64,000 bases of DNA from Marinilabiliales bacterium (GTDB lineage Bacteria; Bacteroidota; Bacteroidia; Bacteroidales; PUMT01). The DNA is taken from assembly GCA_007695015.1 (NCBI GenBank), contig REEN01000060.1:294-64293 (forward strand). The letters run 5' to 3'. Shown here piece after piece: positions 54,303 through 64,000 of the stretch (the stretch's first letter is position 1; the number at the start of each line of letters is the position of its first letter). The position numbers and the translations under genes are program-made. The notes below the pieces were generated by a model that was not told where the DNA came from, did no database searches, and worked only from the letters and a program-made list of their open reading frames with translations.

Positions 54303-55652
54303 GAACAGCGATTTGAATACCTGCTCAACTTTTCCGGCACGCACTATGTCAATGTCATTCCTTCCGCCGGGAGATACCTTTCCGGCAGAAGAGATGATTA
54401 TTTGTCTGAAACCCATCTTTGCTGCCTCTGCAATTCTCTGGTCGAGCCGGCTGACAGGACGAATCTCACCTGACAGTCCCACTTCGCCTGCAAGGCATAT
54501 ATCCTGCCTTACCGGAAGGTCGGTGTCGGATGAGAGTATGGCTGCAATCACGGCCAGGTCGGCTGCCGGGTCAGTCACCCGAAGTCCCCCGGCAACATTC
54601 AGGAATACGTCCTTGGCCGAGAGCCTGAACCCGGCCCTCTTTTCGAGGACGGCAAGCAGCATGCTGAGCCTGCGCAGGTCGAACCCCGTGGAAGAGCGTT
54701 GGGGCGTTCCGTAGGCGGCTGTGCTGACCAGCGCCTGTATCTCTATGAGGAAAGGCCTGTGGCCATCAACCATGGCCGATATGGCGATTCCGCTCATATC
54801 GTCATCATGCCTGGAGATAAGTATCTCAGAAGGGTTCTTTACCTCTGCAAGTCCGTTATCCTTCATCTCGTAAAGTCCCAGGTCGGATGTCGATCCGAAC
54901 CGGTTTTTGGATGCACGGAGCACCCTGTATAGATGATTATGGTCTCCCTCGAACTGCAGCACAACATCTACAATGTGTTCGAGCACCTTGGGGCCTGCAA
55001 GACCACCTTCTTTAGTGATGTGTCCGATTAGTGCAACCGGTGTGCCTGATTCCTTGGCGTACCTTAGCAGTGCAGCCGCACACTCCTTGATCTGCGATAC
55101 GCTTCCTGCCGGGGAGTCCAGCAGATCAGACTGCATCGTCTGTATGGAATCAACAATTGCCAGTCCGGGTCCCACCTGCTCAAGCTGTTCGAACACCGCT
55201 TCGAGGTTGGTTTCGCAGAGGATAAAGCATCTTCCTTTGCCCGGACCAAGCCTGTCGGCTCTAAGCTTTATCTGGCTGCTGCTCTCCTCGCCCGAAATGT
55301 AAAGGGTGGTTATTTGCGGCATCTGGAGGGCCACCTGCAGGGCGAGGGTGGACTTGCCTATGCCGGGTTCTCCACCTACCAGTATTACCGAGCCCGGCAC
55401 TATACCTCCGCCGAGTACTCGGTTAAGCTCAGTGCTGTGTGTGTTTATCCGCGGTTGTTCTTCAGCCCTTATCTCAGATACGAGTACCGGCGGGGCCGGA
55501 TTTTTTCTTTTCGTTGCCGGTTTGCCGGTTTTCCCTGTTACAACCTCTTCAACATAGGTGTTCCATTCTGCACATGAAGGGCATCGCCCTATCCATTTTG
55601 GCGACTCAGCGCCGCAGTTCCGGCAGAAATATGTAGTTTTTGTTTTCGCCAT
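54291..55652 (-). CDS. radA: DNA repair protein RadA
   Basis: 453 aa. Zinc finger 'CRNCGAESPKWIGRCPSCAEW', Walker A 'GGEPGIGKST', 'KNRFG' motif, and a Lon-protease-like C-terminal domain. Confidence 0.95.
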   Translation of the reverse strand: MAKTKTTYFCRNCGAESPKWIGRCPSCAEWNTYVEEVVTGKTGKPATKRKNPAPPVLVSEIRAEEQPRINTHSTELNRVLGGGIVPGSVILVGGEPGIGKSTLALQVALQMPQITTLYISGEESSSQIKLRADRLGPGKGRCFILCETNLEAVFEQLEQVGPGLAIVDSIQTMQSDLLDSPAGSVSQIKECAAALLRYAKESGTPVALIGHITKEGGLAGPKVLEHIVDVVLQFEGDHNHLYRVLRASKNRFGSTSDLGLYEMKDNGLAEVKNPSEILISRHDDDMSGIAISAMVDGHRPFLIEIQALVSTAAYGTPQRSSTGFDLRRLSMLLAVLEKRAGFRLSAKDVFLNVAGGLRVTDPAADLAVIAAILSSDTDLPVRQDICLAGEVGLSGEIRPVSRLDQRIAEAAKMGFRQIIISSAGKVSPGGRNDIDIVRAGKVEQVFKSLFRRK

Positions 55653-55684
55653 AGCCGTACAGTTGGGTTTTGTTCATTAGTCCG

Positions 55685-56710
55685 TCAGCATTCAGGCTGT
55701 GACGCTGCTTTCCTCTTTCGCGATATTGTATAAACCATGTAAAGCGAAAAGGTGCCCAGCACGATCATAAGCAGAGCCTGTGACTCGTGAGAGAGGGTTG
55801 CAAAGACCAGCCCCTCTTCCCTTGAAATATCATACAGTCCCAGGCCTACGCTGACTATCCAATGATATGCACCTATTCCCGCCTGGACGGGGGCAGCCAT
55901 TCCAAAGCCTCCGATCACAAGTATGAAGAGCACCGCTGCAGTCCCCAGGCCTGCCGTTGCCGGCAGCGCCATGAAGAGGGCCCAGGTCATTAGGAAATAC
56001 ATCAGCCATATAAACAGGGTGTGCAGGATGAATAACCCGGTCTTTTCCATCCGGAACACTGATATCATCCCTGCGATAACCTGGCGGACTATCTTTTCGG
56101 ATCTGGCAAAAAGGCTGAAACGGCGAAGCCTTGAGGCAAGGTGAAGATATAAAATTATGAGGAGCACCAGGAAAGAACCTGCAAACAGGTAGAACTTCCA
56201 GGAGAGGTCAAGCGTTGAGGACACTTTGCCGTGAAGAGGAATGACAATACTGTTAAAGAGGAAGTCGCCGAAAAATTCAATCTGGATAAGCAGTACGGCA
56301 AGGGCCAGCAGCAGAAGCATTAAGAGATCTGCGATCCTTTCAGTTATCACTGTACCGAGAAGCGCGTCGGCAGGAATTCTGTCGGTCCGGTTCAGCGATC
56401 CGCAACGGGTTAACTCTCCAAGGCGCGGCAGTATGAAGTTGGCAAGGTATCCTGTCATCAGCGCATAGAAGGTGTTCTTTACCGGGGGGTTGTAACCCAG
56501 AGGTTCGATCAGCATTATCCATCTGTATGTCCTGCTGATAAATGCTGCCGATGCAAAAGCGAGTGACAGGACGACCCAGAGGTAATTGGCAGATCTCAAT
56601 CCTTCAATGAGTTCCTGCAGACTAATATCCCTGAATGCCAAAACAAGGAGGAAGATCCCGGCCGATAAAAACAGGAGGATCCTTGTGGTTTTGAAAAGGG
56701 CTTGCCTCAA
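55685..56710 (-). CDS. Flippase-like / LPG-synthase-TM (UPF0104) family membrane protein
   Basis: 341 aa with about 8 TM helices. The overall pattern 'FISRTYRWIMLI...YALMTGYLANFILP-RLGELTRC' is typical of this family. The first codon is TTG, 3 nt after the panD stop. Confidence 0.55.
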   Translation of the reverse strand: MRQALFKTTRILLFLSAGIFLLVLAFRDISLQELIEGLRSANYLWVVLSLAFASAAFISRTYRWIMLIEPLGYNPPVKNTFYALMTGYLANFILPRLGELTRCGSLNRTDRIPADALLGTVITERIADLLMLLLLALAVLLIQIEFFGDFLFNSIVIPLHGKVSSTLDLSWKFYLFAGSFLVLLIILYLHLASRLRRFSLFARSEKIVRQVIAGMISVFRMEKTGLFILHTLFIWLMYFLMTWALFMALPATAGLGTAAVLFILVIGGFGMAAPVQAGIGAYHWIVSVGLGLYDISREEGLVFATLSHESQALLMIVLGTFSLYMVYTISRKRKAASQPEC

Positions 56711-56713
56711 CGG

Positions 56714-57067
56714 TCAGGTGATAAGTTTATTAGTAAGGGTATCGGGAAAAACTACCCTGGGCTTGAATGTGGCTGCCTCGCCGGCGTCAATTATAGCATA
56801 GGCTATTATAATAATTATGTCGCCAATTGCCATTTTCCTGGCTGCAGGCCCGTTCATCCCGATCTGTCCGCTGCCTCTAATGCCTTTTATGACATATGTC
56901 TCGAGGCGTTCACCGTTATTGATGTTCACCACCTGCACCTTCTCATTTTCAATAAGTCCCGCGGCATCCATAAGATCTTCATCTATAGTGATGCTGCCTA
57001 CGTAGTTAAGGTCGGCCTCAGTAACGCTGACGCGGTGGATTTTCGATTTAAGGATCTCTATCATCAT
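56714..57067 (-). CDS. panD: Aspartate 1-decarboxylase
   Basis: '[38 protein letters not shown]' contains the Gly-Ser self-processing site. The track ORF extends to 57094. The start at 57067/57064 is preferred and overlaps the panC 3' end. Confidence 0.93.
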   Translation of the reverse strand: MMIEILKSKIHRVSVTEADLNYVGSITIDEDLMDAAGLIENEKVQVVNINNGERLETYVIKGIRGSGQIGMNGPAARKMAIGDIIIIIAYAIIDAGEAATFKPRVVFPDTLTNKLIT

Positions 57068-57920
57068 AACGGTCAAAATTAGGAAAAAAAACATTATCGA
57101 TCAAACGGACAGATCCGGTGCGTACCGCAATGCAGCCAATCAGGTCATCATCAAGACCGGCCCTGCTTTCTACAGGGCGGAGGTCGGAACTTCTGACGAT
57201 CTCAAAATATTCCACTTCAAGCATGGGGTTGCTGTTGATTTTTTCCGTCACAAATATTTTAAGCTCACCGGGCTCCTTTCCTGTCATTTCTGATGCCTCT
57301 CTCAGTGTACTGTAAATAAGTCCCGCATTTTCCCGTTGCTCAGGTGTAAGCAGTTCATTGCGGGAGCTCATTGCAAGCCCGTGATCTTCCCTGACCGTTT
57401 TGCAGGGCCTTATCTCTACCGGCAAACCCAGCATTGATGTCATTCTTCGGACCACTGCCAGCTGCTGGATATCCTTCTCTCCGAAATAGGCCCTGTGTGG
57501 CCTGATAATTGAAAAAAGCCTGCTTACCACCTGTGCCACGCCGCTGAAATGGCCGGGCCTGAACTTACCTTCCATAATATTGTCAAGATTGCCGAAATCA
57601 AAGGTGCGGCGGTCCGGACGGGGATAGATTGTTTTTACACCAGGCATGAACATCACATCACAGCCGGCAGCAGAGAGAAGTTCCATATCTCTTGCCGTAT
57701 CGCGGGGGTATTTTTTCAGATCGGCAGGGTCATTGAACTGTGTCGGATTGACAAAGACAGAAACTACGGTAATATCGTTCTCGCTCATACAGCAATTCAC
57801 AAGGGAAAGATGTCCGCTGTGCAGTGCACCCATGGTCGGCACAAGTCCGATACCCCTTTCTTCTTTCCTGGCAGGGGCAAGGACCCGCCGGATTTCCTGA
57901 ATTGTCTTTGCAACAAACAT
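57048..57920 (-). CDS. panC: Pantoate--beta-alanine ligase
   Basis: 290 aa. Motifs '[17 protein letters not shown]', '[10 protein letters not shown]', 'YFGEKDIQQ'. Confidence 0.94.
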   Translation of the reverse strand: MFVAKTIQEIRRVLAPARKEERGIGLVPTMGALHSGHLSLVNCCMSENDITVVSVFVNPTQFNDPADLKKYPRDTARDMELLSAAGCDVMFMPGVKTIYPRPDRRTFDFGNLDNIMEGKFRPGHFSGVAQVVSRLFSIIRPHRAYFGEKDIQQLAVVRRMTSMLGLPVEIRPCKTVREDHGLAMSSRNELLTPEQRENAGLIYSTLREASEMTGKEPGELKIFVTEKINSNPMLEVEYFEIVRSSDLRPVESRAGLDDDLIGCIAVRTGSVRLIDNVFFPNFDRYDDRDP

Positions 57921-58104
57921 GTCAGTGAGGGATGCTTTTGATAACTGATGCGAAGGTAGTCAATATTCAGGATCACCCGAAATTTTGCCATAAATACCAG
58001 GTTAATCCATACCGTGGTCAATAATTCCAGGCATGGATCTGCTTGCCTGCTTATGAACCATGTTGCGGTATCCGGCAACCTGTTAAGTTATCGAATTTTT
58101 TTAT

Positions 58105-58112
58105 TATCTTTG
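58105..58112 (+). promoter_or_regulatory. Candidate -7 promoter box (TAnnTTTG)
   Basis: Exact 'tatctttg' match about 100 nt upstream of the ATG at 58211. Confidence 0.3.
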
Positions 58113-58210
58113 CAAGTCGAAACAAGCCAGGATACACTCCGCGATCCGTTTACCGGTTACTGTTTCAGGATGGCGGTGTGCAACAGAAAGTTAAATACAC
58201 AGGTGGCCCG

Positions 58211-59038
58211 ATGGAAAAGACCAAGGTTCTTTACATTTCCCAGGAGATAAGCCCTTATCTCCCTGAAACGGAGATGTCTGTTATTGGGAGAAATCTTCCG
58301 CAGGGAGTTCAGGAGAGGGGACGGGAGATAAGAACGTTCATGCCGAGGTTCGGCTGCGTAAACGAGAGACGGAACCAGCTGCACGAAGTTATACGGCTGT
58401 CCGGCATGAACCTGATAATTGACGATACAGATCACCCCCTAATCATTAAGGTAGCCTCCATTCAGTGTGCCAGAATGCAGGTTTATTTTATAGACAACGA
58501 AGATTATTTCCAGAGAAAGAGTACGCTCGCCGATGAACAGGGTGTCTATTTTGAGGATAATGATGAACGGCTGATATTTTTTGCAAGGGGCGTTCTGGAG
58601 ACCGTTAAGAAACTGCGATGGCCACCCGACATAGTTCATTGTCATGGCTGGTTCTCCGCCCTTGTCCCGTTATATCTGAAAAAGGCTTACGGTGAAGAGC
58701 CTCTGTTTCAGAGATCAAGGATCATTTATTCACTCTATAACGACAGGTTCACGGGGAACCTGAACAAGGCCTTCAAAAAGAAACTTTTGATTGAAGGCAT
58801 CACCGACAAGGATGTCAGCATGCTGAATCCACCTAATTATACAAACCTTTCCAAGCTTGCCATCAATTACGCCGATGGCATCATCTTCGGATCCGCCGAT
58901 GTTGATTCAAATCTTAAAGATCATGTTGCAAAGGAAAAAAAACCGGTTCTTGAATACCAACCGGCCGATGATTACGTTGATCTTTACTCGGACTTTTATG
59001 ATAATTTATTAAACGGATCCTTCAATGTCTCCAATTGA
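58211..59038 (+). CDS. Short glycogen/starch synthase-like glycosyltransferase (N-terminal GT5 domain only)
   Basis: Met at 58211 gives a 275-aa product. 'KVLYISQEISPYLPETEMS...RTFMPRFG...HEVIRLSGMN' resembles the starch synthase catalytic N-domain. The track ORF extends upstream to 58043. Confidence 0.7.
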   Translation: MEKTKVLYISQEISPYLPETEMSVIGRNLPQGVQERGREIRTFMPRFGCVNERRNQLHEVIRLSGMNLIIDDTDHPLIIKVASIQCARMQVYFIDNEDYFQRKSTLADEQGVYFEDNDERLIFFARGVLETVKKLRWPPDIVHCHGWFSALVPLYLKKAYGEEPLFQRSRIIYSLYNDRFTGNLNKAFKKKLLIEGITDKDVSMLNPPNYTNLSKLAINYADGIIFGSADVDSNLKDHVAKEKKPVLEYQPADDYVDLYSDFYDNLLNGSFNVSN

Positions 59039-60362
59039 CTCTATTACCCGGAAAGCTGCAACAACTACATTTGATTTATTAAGGAAGATTCCCGTATTGC
59101 TTTTTCTTACAGGAGTATTTACATTCCTCACTTCCTGCGAGGAATCGAGCTTTGTCGGACTTGAGGTGCAGCCTCCCTCTGACCGGTTCAATATCAAGAC
59201 TATAGAAGACGGAGATATTTCAACATCGGTATGGTCACGGGATTCAATACTTGCCATCGATCACCCGCGGTCGTTGCTCGGTGTTTTGAACGACCCAGTC
59301 TTCGGCAGGATGAATGCTTCATTTGTTACCCAAATCGGGGTGTGGGACCAGATTGATTTCGGCGACTTGCCTGTTTTTGACTCCCTGGTGCTTTACCTTG
59401 TTGTTACAGGTTCATACGGACGGGGAACAGAAGAGCAGGAGATAACAGTCTGGGAGCTTAGTGAGGATATAGATTATACAGCAAGATATTATTCAAATTT
59501 TGATCCGCTTCCCGGGGTATATGCCGATGAGCCTCTTGCCAGTCAAAAGATAGGCGTGCCGGCCGGTGACACACTTATATCATTTCATCTGACCAACCAG
59601 CGTGTGCAGGATAAGCTGCTTTTTGCACCCGATTCGTCTGTCCTGTCCCTCAGTGCTTTTTTAAGATATTTCAAGGGGATTTACGTGGATGTCGCACTTG
59701 ATGATGACAACGCCAGGGGTTCTGTCTACACCATAAACCTGAACCACGCCAGTTCAAAACTGTCCCTCTTCTACAGGAATGAGAATACTCCCGATACGGT
59801 CGATACAAACTTCAGGTATGACTTCATAATCAATGAAGGGGCAAACAGGATCAACATCCTCAGCCAGGATTACGAAAATGCGGTGTTCAGCGACAGGATC
59901 GGAATGACAGGTACCGGTGATTCTCTCTACTACATCCAGGGAGGCGGGGGCATGATTTCCAGGCTTGAGTTTGAAAACCTGCATGCCTGGCGCGATTCGA
60001 TGCCCGTCAGCATAACCTCGGCAACAATTTACATCCCTGTTAATAAGGGCTCTTATAACGAGGATTTTCCACTGCCGGGCAAGGTAGCGCTTTTCGAAAG
60101 GAGTGAAGAGGGAATGCTTACCGGCGTGCCTGATTTCGGACTCGGCGATGCCTACTTCGGCGGGAGCTATGATGAAGAGAAAGGTGCCTATGTGATGAGG
60201 GTCACAAACTGGTTCCAGAACTATGTCAAGGGAAACAAGGTACACGATTACCTTTACCTGAGCGTCAGGGAAGGCGGCACCAATCCCCACAGGGCCGTAC
60301 TGACCAACAGCCTTCATTCTGAAGGCGGGCCCTGGCTTGAAATAAAATATACAAGACACTAA
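59025..60362 (+). CDS. Putative lipoprotein (DUF4270-like by synteny and recollection)
   Basis: 445 aa. Signal peptide plus 'FLTSCEES' lipobox. Overlaps the preceding gene by 14 nt and sits between the glycogen-synthase-like gene and glmS. Confidence 0.5.
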   Translation: MSPIDSITRKAATTTFDLLRKIPVLLFLTGVFTFLTSCEESSFVGLEVQPPSDRFNIKTIEDGDISTSVWSRDSILAIDHPRSLLGVLNDPVFGRMNASFVTQIGVWDQIDFGDLPVFDSLVLYLVVTGSYGRGTEEQEITVWELSEDIDYTARYYSNFDPLPGVYADEPLASQKIGVPAGDTLISFHLTNQRVQDKLLFAPDSSVLSLSAFLRYFKGIYVDVALDDDNARGSVYTINLNHASSKLSLFYRNENTPDTVDTNFRYDFIINEGANRINILSQDYENAVFSDRIGMTGTGDSLYYIQGGGGMISRLEFENLHAWRDSMPVSITSATIYIPVNKGSYNEDFPLPGKVALFERSEEGMLTGVPDFGLGDAYFGGSYDEEKGAYVMRVTNWFQNYVKGNKVHDYLYLSVREGGTNPHRAVLTNSLHSEGGPWLEIKYTRH

Positions 60363-60365
60363 AGT

Positions 60366-62201
60366 ATGTGTGGAATTGTAGGTTACACAGGTCACCGTCA
60401 GGCATACCCGGTTCTGATGGATGGTCTGGCCAAGCTTGAATACCGGGGTTATGATTCGGCCGGTATTTCTCTCTTTGGCAAAAAGCCCACCGTCTTTAAA
60501 TGCAGCGGCAAGATAAAGGATCTCGAAGATTATATAGCCGGGGCCGACGTAACCGCGACCACCGGCATGGGCCACACCCGCTGGGCCACTCATGGTGAAC
60601 CCAACGACATAAATGCACACCCCCATACCAGCCAGGATGGCCACTTTGTCATTATACACAACGGCATAATAGAGAATTACGACCTCCTAAAGAATAAGCT
60701 TGAAAAAAGGGGATATGCATTCAGGTCGGAGACCGACACCGAGGTTCTGGCCAACCTTATCGAATACATTTACCTGAAGGGCAAAGTTCCGGCAGAGGTC
60801 GCGGTAAGGCTTGCGCTTACCAAGGTGTTGGGGACTTACGGACTGGTGGTCATGTGCACGGATGAACCCGGACAACTGATAGCTGCCCGCTGCAGCAGTC
60901 CCCTTGTCATCGGCATTGGCGAGGGCGAGTACTTCATTGCCTCCGATGCCTCTCCGATAGCCGGCTATACAAAATCGGTGATCTACCTTAATGACAATGA
61001 TGTTGCCATTATCAGAAGCAATGAGCTTACCCTGAAGACAGTAAGGGCCGATGAGCCGAAGATGAAGCTTCAGAGCATCAATATCGACACAAACGATTAT
61101 GACAAAGGGGGTTATGAGCACTATATGCTCAAGGAGATCTTTGAGCAGCCACGTTCAATAACCGATACCTTCAGGGGCAGGCTGGTACCTGACCAGAGCG
61201 ATATCAAGCTGGGCGGACTTCACAGTGTGATCGACCGGTTGCAGGAGTCCGCCAGGTTGGTCATAGTGGCATGCGGCACTTCTTGGCATGCAGCACTGAT
61301 AGGAGAGTACCTGCTGGAGGATCTGGCCCGCATACCCGTTGAGGTTGAGTATGCATCAGAGTTCAGGTACAGGAACCCGGTGCTGGGGCCCGATGACATC
61401 GTGGTTGCCATATCACAGAGCGGGGAGACCGCCGACACCCTGGCGGCAGTCAGAATGGCACGGGAGGCCGGAGCCATGGTCCTGGGCATTTGCAACGTAA
61501 CCGGTTCGGGACTCTCCCGTGAGACCGATGCCGGCGTATATACACATGCCGGGATTGAGATAGGTGTCGCTTCGACAAAGGCATTTACCGCGCAGGTGAC
61601 CGTGCTGACGATGATAGCCCTTTTACTGGGACGCAAACGGGGTCATATCGATGAAGATCAGTACCGTTCCCTTATCGGGGAAATGCATTCAATACCATCA
61701 AAGATTAACCGGATACTGGAGCAGAGTTCAAAGATCAGTGACATTGCAAAACGATTCAGCGACATCCCAAGTATGCTCTATATAGGAAGGGGCTACTGTT
61801 TCCCGGTAGCTCTTGAAGGGGCGCTCAAGCTCAAGGAGATATCTTATATACATGCAGAGGGATATCCGGCAGCCGAAATGAAGCATGGGCCCATTGCGCT
61901 GATTGATGAAAAAATGCCCGTGGTGGTTGTGGGTGTAAAGGATAAATACTATGAGAAGATAGTGAGCAATGTACAGGAGATCAAGGCCCGGAAGGGGATA
62001 GTGATCGCCGTCGTGAACGAAGGGGATGAGCAGATATCGTCAGTTGCTGATCATATCATGGAAGTGCCCGAAAGCAACATCATCTTCTCGGCGCTGCTTT
62101 CGGTCATCCCGCTTCAGCTTTTCGCCTACCATATTGCAGTGGAACGCGGGTGTGACGTAGACCAGCCCCGCAACCTTGCCAAATCGGTTACCGTCGAATG
62201 A
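60366..62201 (+). CDS. glmS: Glutamine--fructose-6-phosphate aminotransferase
   Basis: 611 aa. N-terminal nucleophile 'MCGIVGY', two SIS domains ('ISQSGETADT'), and the C-terminus 'LAKSVTVE'. Confidence 0.97.
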   Translation: MCGIVGYTGHRQAYPVLMDGLAKLEYRGYDSAGISLFGKKPTVFKCSGKIKDLEDYIAGADVTATTGMGHTRWATHGEPNDINAHPHTSQDGHFVIIHNGIIENYDLLKNKLEKRGYAFRSETDTEVLANLIEYIYLKGKVPAEVAVRLALTKVLGTYGLVVMCTDEPGQLIAARCSSPLVIGIGEGEYFIASDASPIAGYTKSVIYLNDNDVAIIRSNELTLKTVRADEPKMKLQSINIDTNDYDKGGYEHYMLKEIFEQPRSITDTFRGRLVPDQSDIKLGGLHSVIDRLQESARLVIVACGTSWHAALIGEYLLEDLARIPVEVEYASEFRYRNPVLGPDDIVVAISQSGETADTLAAVRMAREAGAMVLGICNVTGSGLSRETDAGVYTHAGIEIGVASTKAFTAQVTVLTMIALLLGRKRGHIDEDQYRSLIGEMHSIPSKINRILEQSSKISDIAKRFSDIPSMLYIGRGYCFPVALEGALKLKEISYIHAEGYPAAEMKHGPIALIDEKMPVVVVGVKDKYYEKIVSNVQEIKARKGIVIAVVNEGDEQISSVADHIMEVPESNIIFSALLSVIPLQLFAYHIAVERGCDVDQPRNLAKSVTVE

Positions 62202-62351
62202 CGATAGGCCGGCCGCTTACGGTCCTCAAGGCATAGAGACGTTGGCCGGAAGTTGCCAATGTCTGCCGGTAAACCTGGAGAGATGGCAGCAGGCACCTGC
62301 GATCAGCAAAGCAGACAGTTGGCACCTGTTAATCATGGAGCGCATGAATTT

Positions 62352-63404
62352 TTACCGCTCGGTATACTGTTTCTGGTAGTAATCCCTGTAGCCGCCGCTG
62401 AGAACACCCTTCAGCCACTTTTCATTTTCCAGGTACCACCCTACGGTGCGGTCCAGTCCCTCCTCGAATGAGACTGAAGGTTTCCAGCCCAGATCCCGGC
62501 TTACCTTTGAGTTGTCGATGGCATAGCGCATGTCATGGCCGGCCCTGTCCTTCACAAAGGTGATCAGCTTTGCCGATGTGCCGGGCCTGCGGTCCAGATG
62601 ACGGTCCATTATCCCGCAGAGCAGCTTTACAAGGTCTATATTGCGCCACTCGTTGTTGCCTCCCACGTTGTATGTCTCGCCTGTGAGGCCCTTGTGAAAG
62701 ATAAGGTCTATGGCCGTGGCGTGGTCCTCAACATAGAGCCAGTCCCTTACATTCTCCCCCTTCCCGTAAACAGGCACAGGCTTGCTGTTTAAGATATTGT
62801 TGATCGCCAGGGGTATGAGCTTTTCGGGAAACTGGTTGGGTCCGTAATTGTTCGAGCAGTTTGATATGACCACCGGAATGCCATAGGTGTGGTGCCAGGC
62901 ACGTACCATATGGTCTGAGCCTGCCTTGGAGGCGGAATAGGGACTACGCGGATCATAGGCGGTCTCTTCAGTGAAAAGCCCCTCACTGCCGAGTGAGCCG
63001 TAAACCTCGTCGGTGGAGATGTGGTAGAACAGTTTCCCTTCATGGTTGCCTGCCTGCTCTTTGAAAGCATTCAGCAGGTTAACCGTTCCTATGATGTTGG
63101 CTGTTATAAATTCCATAGGGCCGCTGATGGACCTGTCGACATGTGATTCGGCAGCCAGGTGTATCACCCCGTCGAAACTGTGCTTCGAGAACAGGCCATC
63201 AATGAATTCCTGGTCGGCAATGTCGCCTTTTACAAAGTTGTAATTGGGTTCACTTTCGATATCGGTAAGGTTCTCCAGGTTTCCCGCGTAGGTAAGCTTG
63301 TCGAGGTTCACTATGCGGCAGCCGGGGTAATTCCTTACAAACCGCCTTACCACGTGCGAGCCGATGAAACCTGCTCCTCCTGTTATCAGAATCGTTTTCT
63401 GCAT
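62352..63404 (-). CDS. rfbB: dTDP-glucose 4,6-dehydratase
   Basis: 350 aa. Rossmann motif 'ILITGGAGFIGSH', catalytic 'YSASKAGSDHMV' (YxxxK), and 'HISTDEVYG'. Confidence 0.93.
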   Translation of the reverse strand: MQKTILITGGAGFIGSHVVRRFVRNYPGCRIVNLDKLTYAGNLENLTDIESEPNYNFVKGDIADQEFIDGLFSKHSFDGVIHLAAESHVDRSISGPMEFITANIIGTVNLLNAFKEQAGNHEGKLFYHISTDEVYGSLGSEGLFTEETAYDPRSPYSASKAGSDHMVRAWHHTYGIPVVISNCSNNYGPNQFPEKLIPLAINNILNSKPVPVYGKGENVRDWLYVEDHATAIDLIFHKGLTGETYNVGGNNEWRNIDLVKLLCGIMDRHLDRRPGTSAKLITFVKDRAGHDMRYAIDNSKVSRDLGWKPSVSFEEGLDRTVGWYLENEKWLKGVLSGGYRDYYQKQYTER

Positions 63405-63483
63405 CTTCTTGTTGTATGTTTACAGGTTCAGCTTGCCGCAGCCCTTTTCTCAGAAGGGCCCGATCCCGGCTCCTGAACCGGTT

Positions 63484-64000
63484 TTACTTTTTATCCTTCA
63501 TTTTCCTGTAGTACTGCTCCCATTTCCATGCCGAAGCAAGTGTTTCTTCAAGGCTGCTTTCGGCTTTCCAGCCCAGCTCATTGTTAGCCAGGGTGGTGTC
63601 TGCCCACACCTGCTCAATGTCGCCGGCGCGCCTGCCTGTTATTTTGTATTTAAGCCTGACCGAGGTCACCTTTTCAAAGGTCTTTATCATCTCCAGTACC
63701 GAAACACCCTTCCCTGTACCCAGGTTGAATACTTCATAGCCGCTTTTGTTCCTGTTTTCAAGAAGTCTTTTTACTGCTGTTACGTGGGCCTTTGCCAGGT
63801 CGGTCACATGCAGGTAGTCCCTTATGCAGGATCCGTCGGGAGTGTTGTAGTCATTCCCGAAAACCTTAAGCTCATCCCTCATCCCGATCGCGGTCTGTGT
63901 AATGAAAGGCACAAGGTTTTCCGGGACCCCCAGTGGCAGTTCTCCTATTAATGCCGAGGGGTGTGCACCTATCGGGTTGAAATAGCGGAGTGATATCGCT
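63484..64000 (-). CDS. galE: UDP-glucose 4-epimerase, C-terminal part (5' end outside the window)
   Basis: The frame stays open to the window edge ('...AISLRYFNPIGAH...'). 'DGSCIRDYLHVTDLAKAHV' and 'GTGKGVSVLEMI' are typical GalE. Confidence 0.85.
   Translation of the reverse strand, partial: AISLRYFNPIGAHPSALIGELPLGVPENLVPFITQTAIGMRDELKVFGNDYNTPDGSCIRDYLHVTDLAKAHVTAVKRLLENRNKSGYEVFNLGTGKGVSVLEMIKTFEKVTSVRLKYKITGRRAGDIEQVWADTTLANNELGWKAESSLEETLASAWKWEQYYRKMKDKK

Noticed and set aside
1-64000. Search for mobile elements, toxin-antitoxin pairs, restriction-modification systems or other defence islands
   Set aside because: No transposase, integrase, recombinase, phage-like, nuclease/methylase or small paired ORF signatures were recognisable in any frame. 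The gene content and synteny look like core chromosome.

Overview
This looks like a core chromosomal segment of a Bacteroidota genome, roughly 50% GC. The assignment rests on a porP-gldK-gldL-gldM-gldN type IX secretion/gliding operon, TAnnTTTG-type -7 promoter boxes, and panC-panD / short glycogen synthase / lipoprotein / glmS synteny. I support about 46 protein-coding genes. Housekeeping genes include rpoN, asnS, metK, topA, radA, a class A PBP, glmS, panCD, manC, rfbB and a partial galE. Envelope and transport genes include gldA, mlaEF, a Na/Pi cotransporter, YfhO and an OmpA/PorE-like protein. There is also a six-gene sulfur operon: a PsrABC-type molybdoenzyme, a split YeeE/YedE and a rhodanese-like protein. 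By eye I found no rRNA, tRNA, CRISPR array, transposase, integrase or recognisable defence system, so I cannot claim a clear-cut new system. The observations most worth follow-up are: (1) a rhodanese-like protein whose catalytic Cys appears replaced by Ser and whose only Cys is the last residue of a Pro-rich tail ending GGC, resembling the SoxY carrier arm; (2) a set of unrelated, GC-rich, near-perfect tandem arrays (16, 29, 41, 43 and 68 bp units), several anchored on the stop codons of flanking genes, one sitting inside the sulfur operon, plus two in-frame expansions in adjacent genes; (3) a lipoprotein / beta-barrel / PorE-like module about 23 kb from the T9SS core; (4) mlaEF followed by a THEP1-like NTPase and a two-lobed membrane protein where MlaD is often found; (5) an arginase-fold protein with apparently degenerate metal ligands between topA and porP; (6) a possible SAM-responsive leader upstream of metK. 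All family assignments come from motif recognition in the supplied translations. No searches were run.
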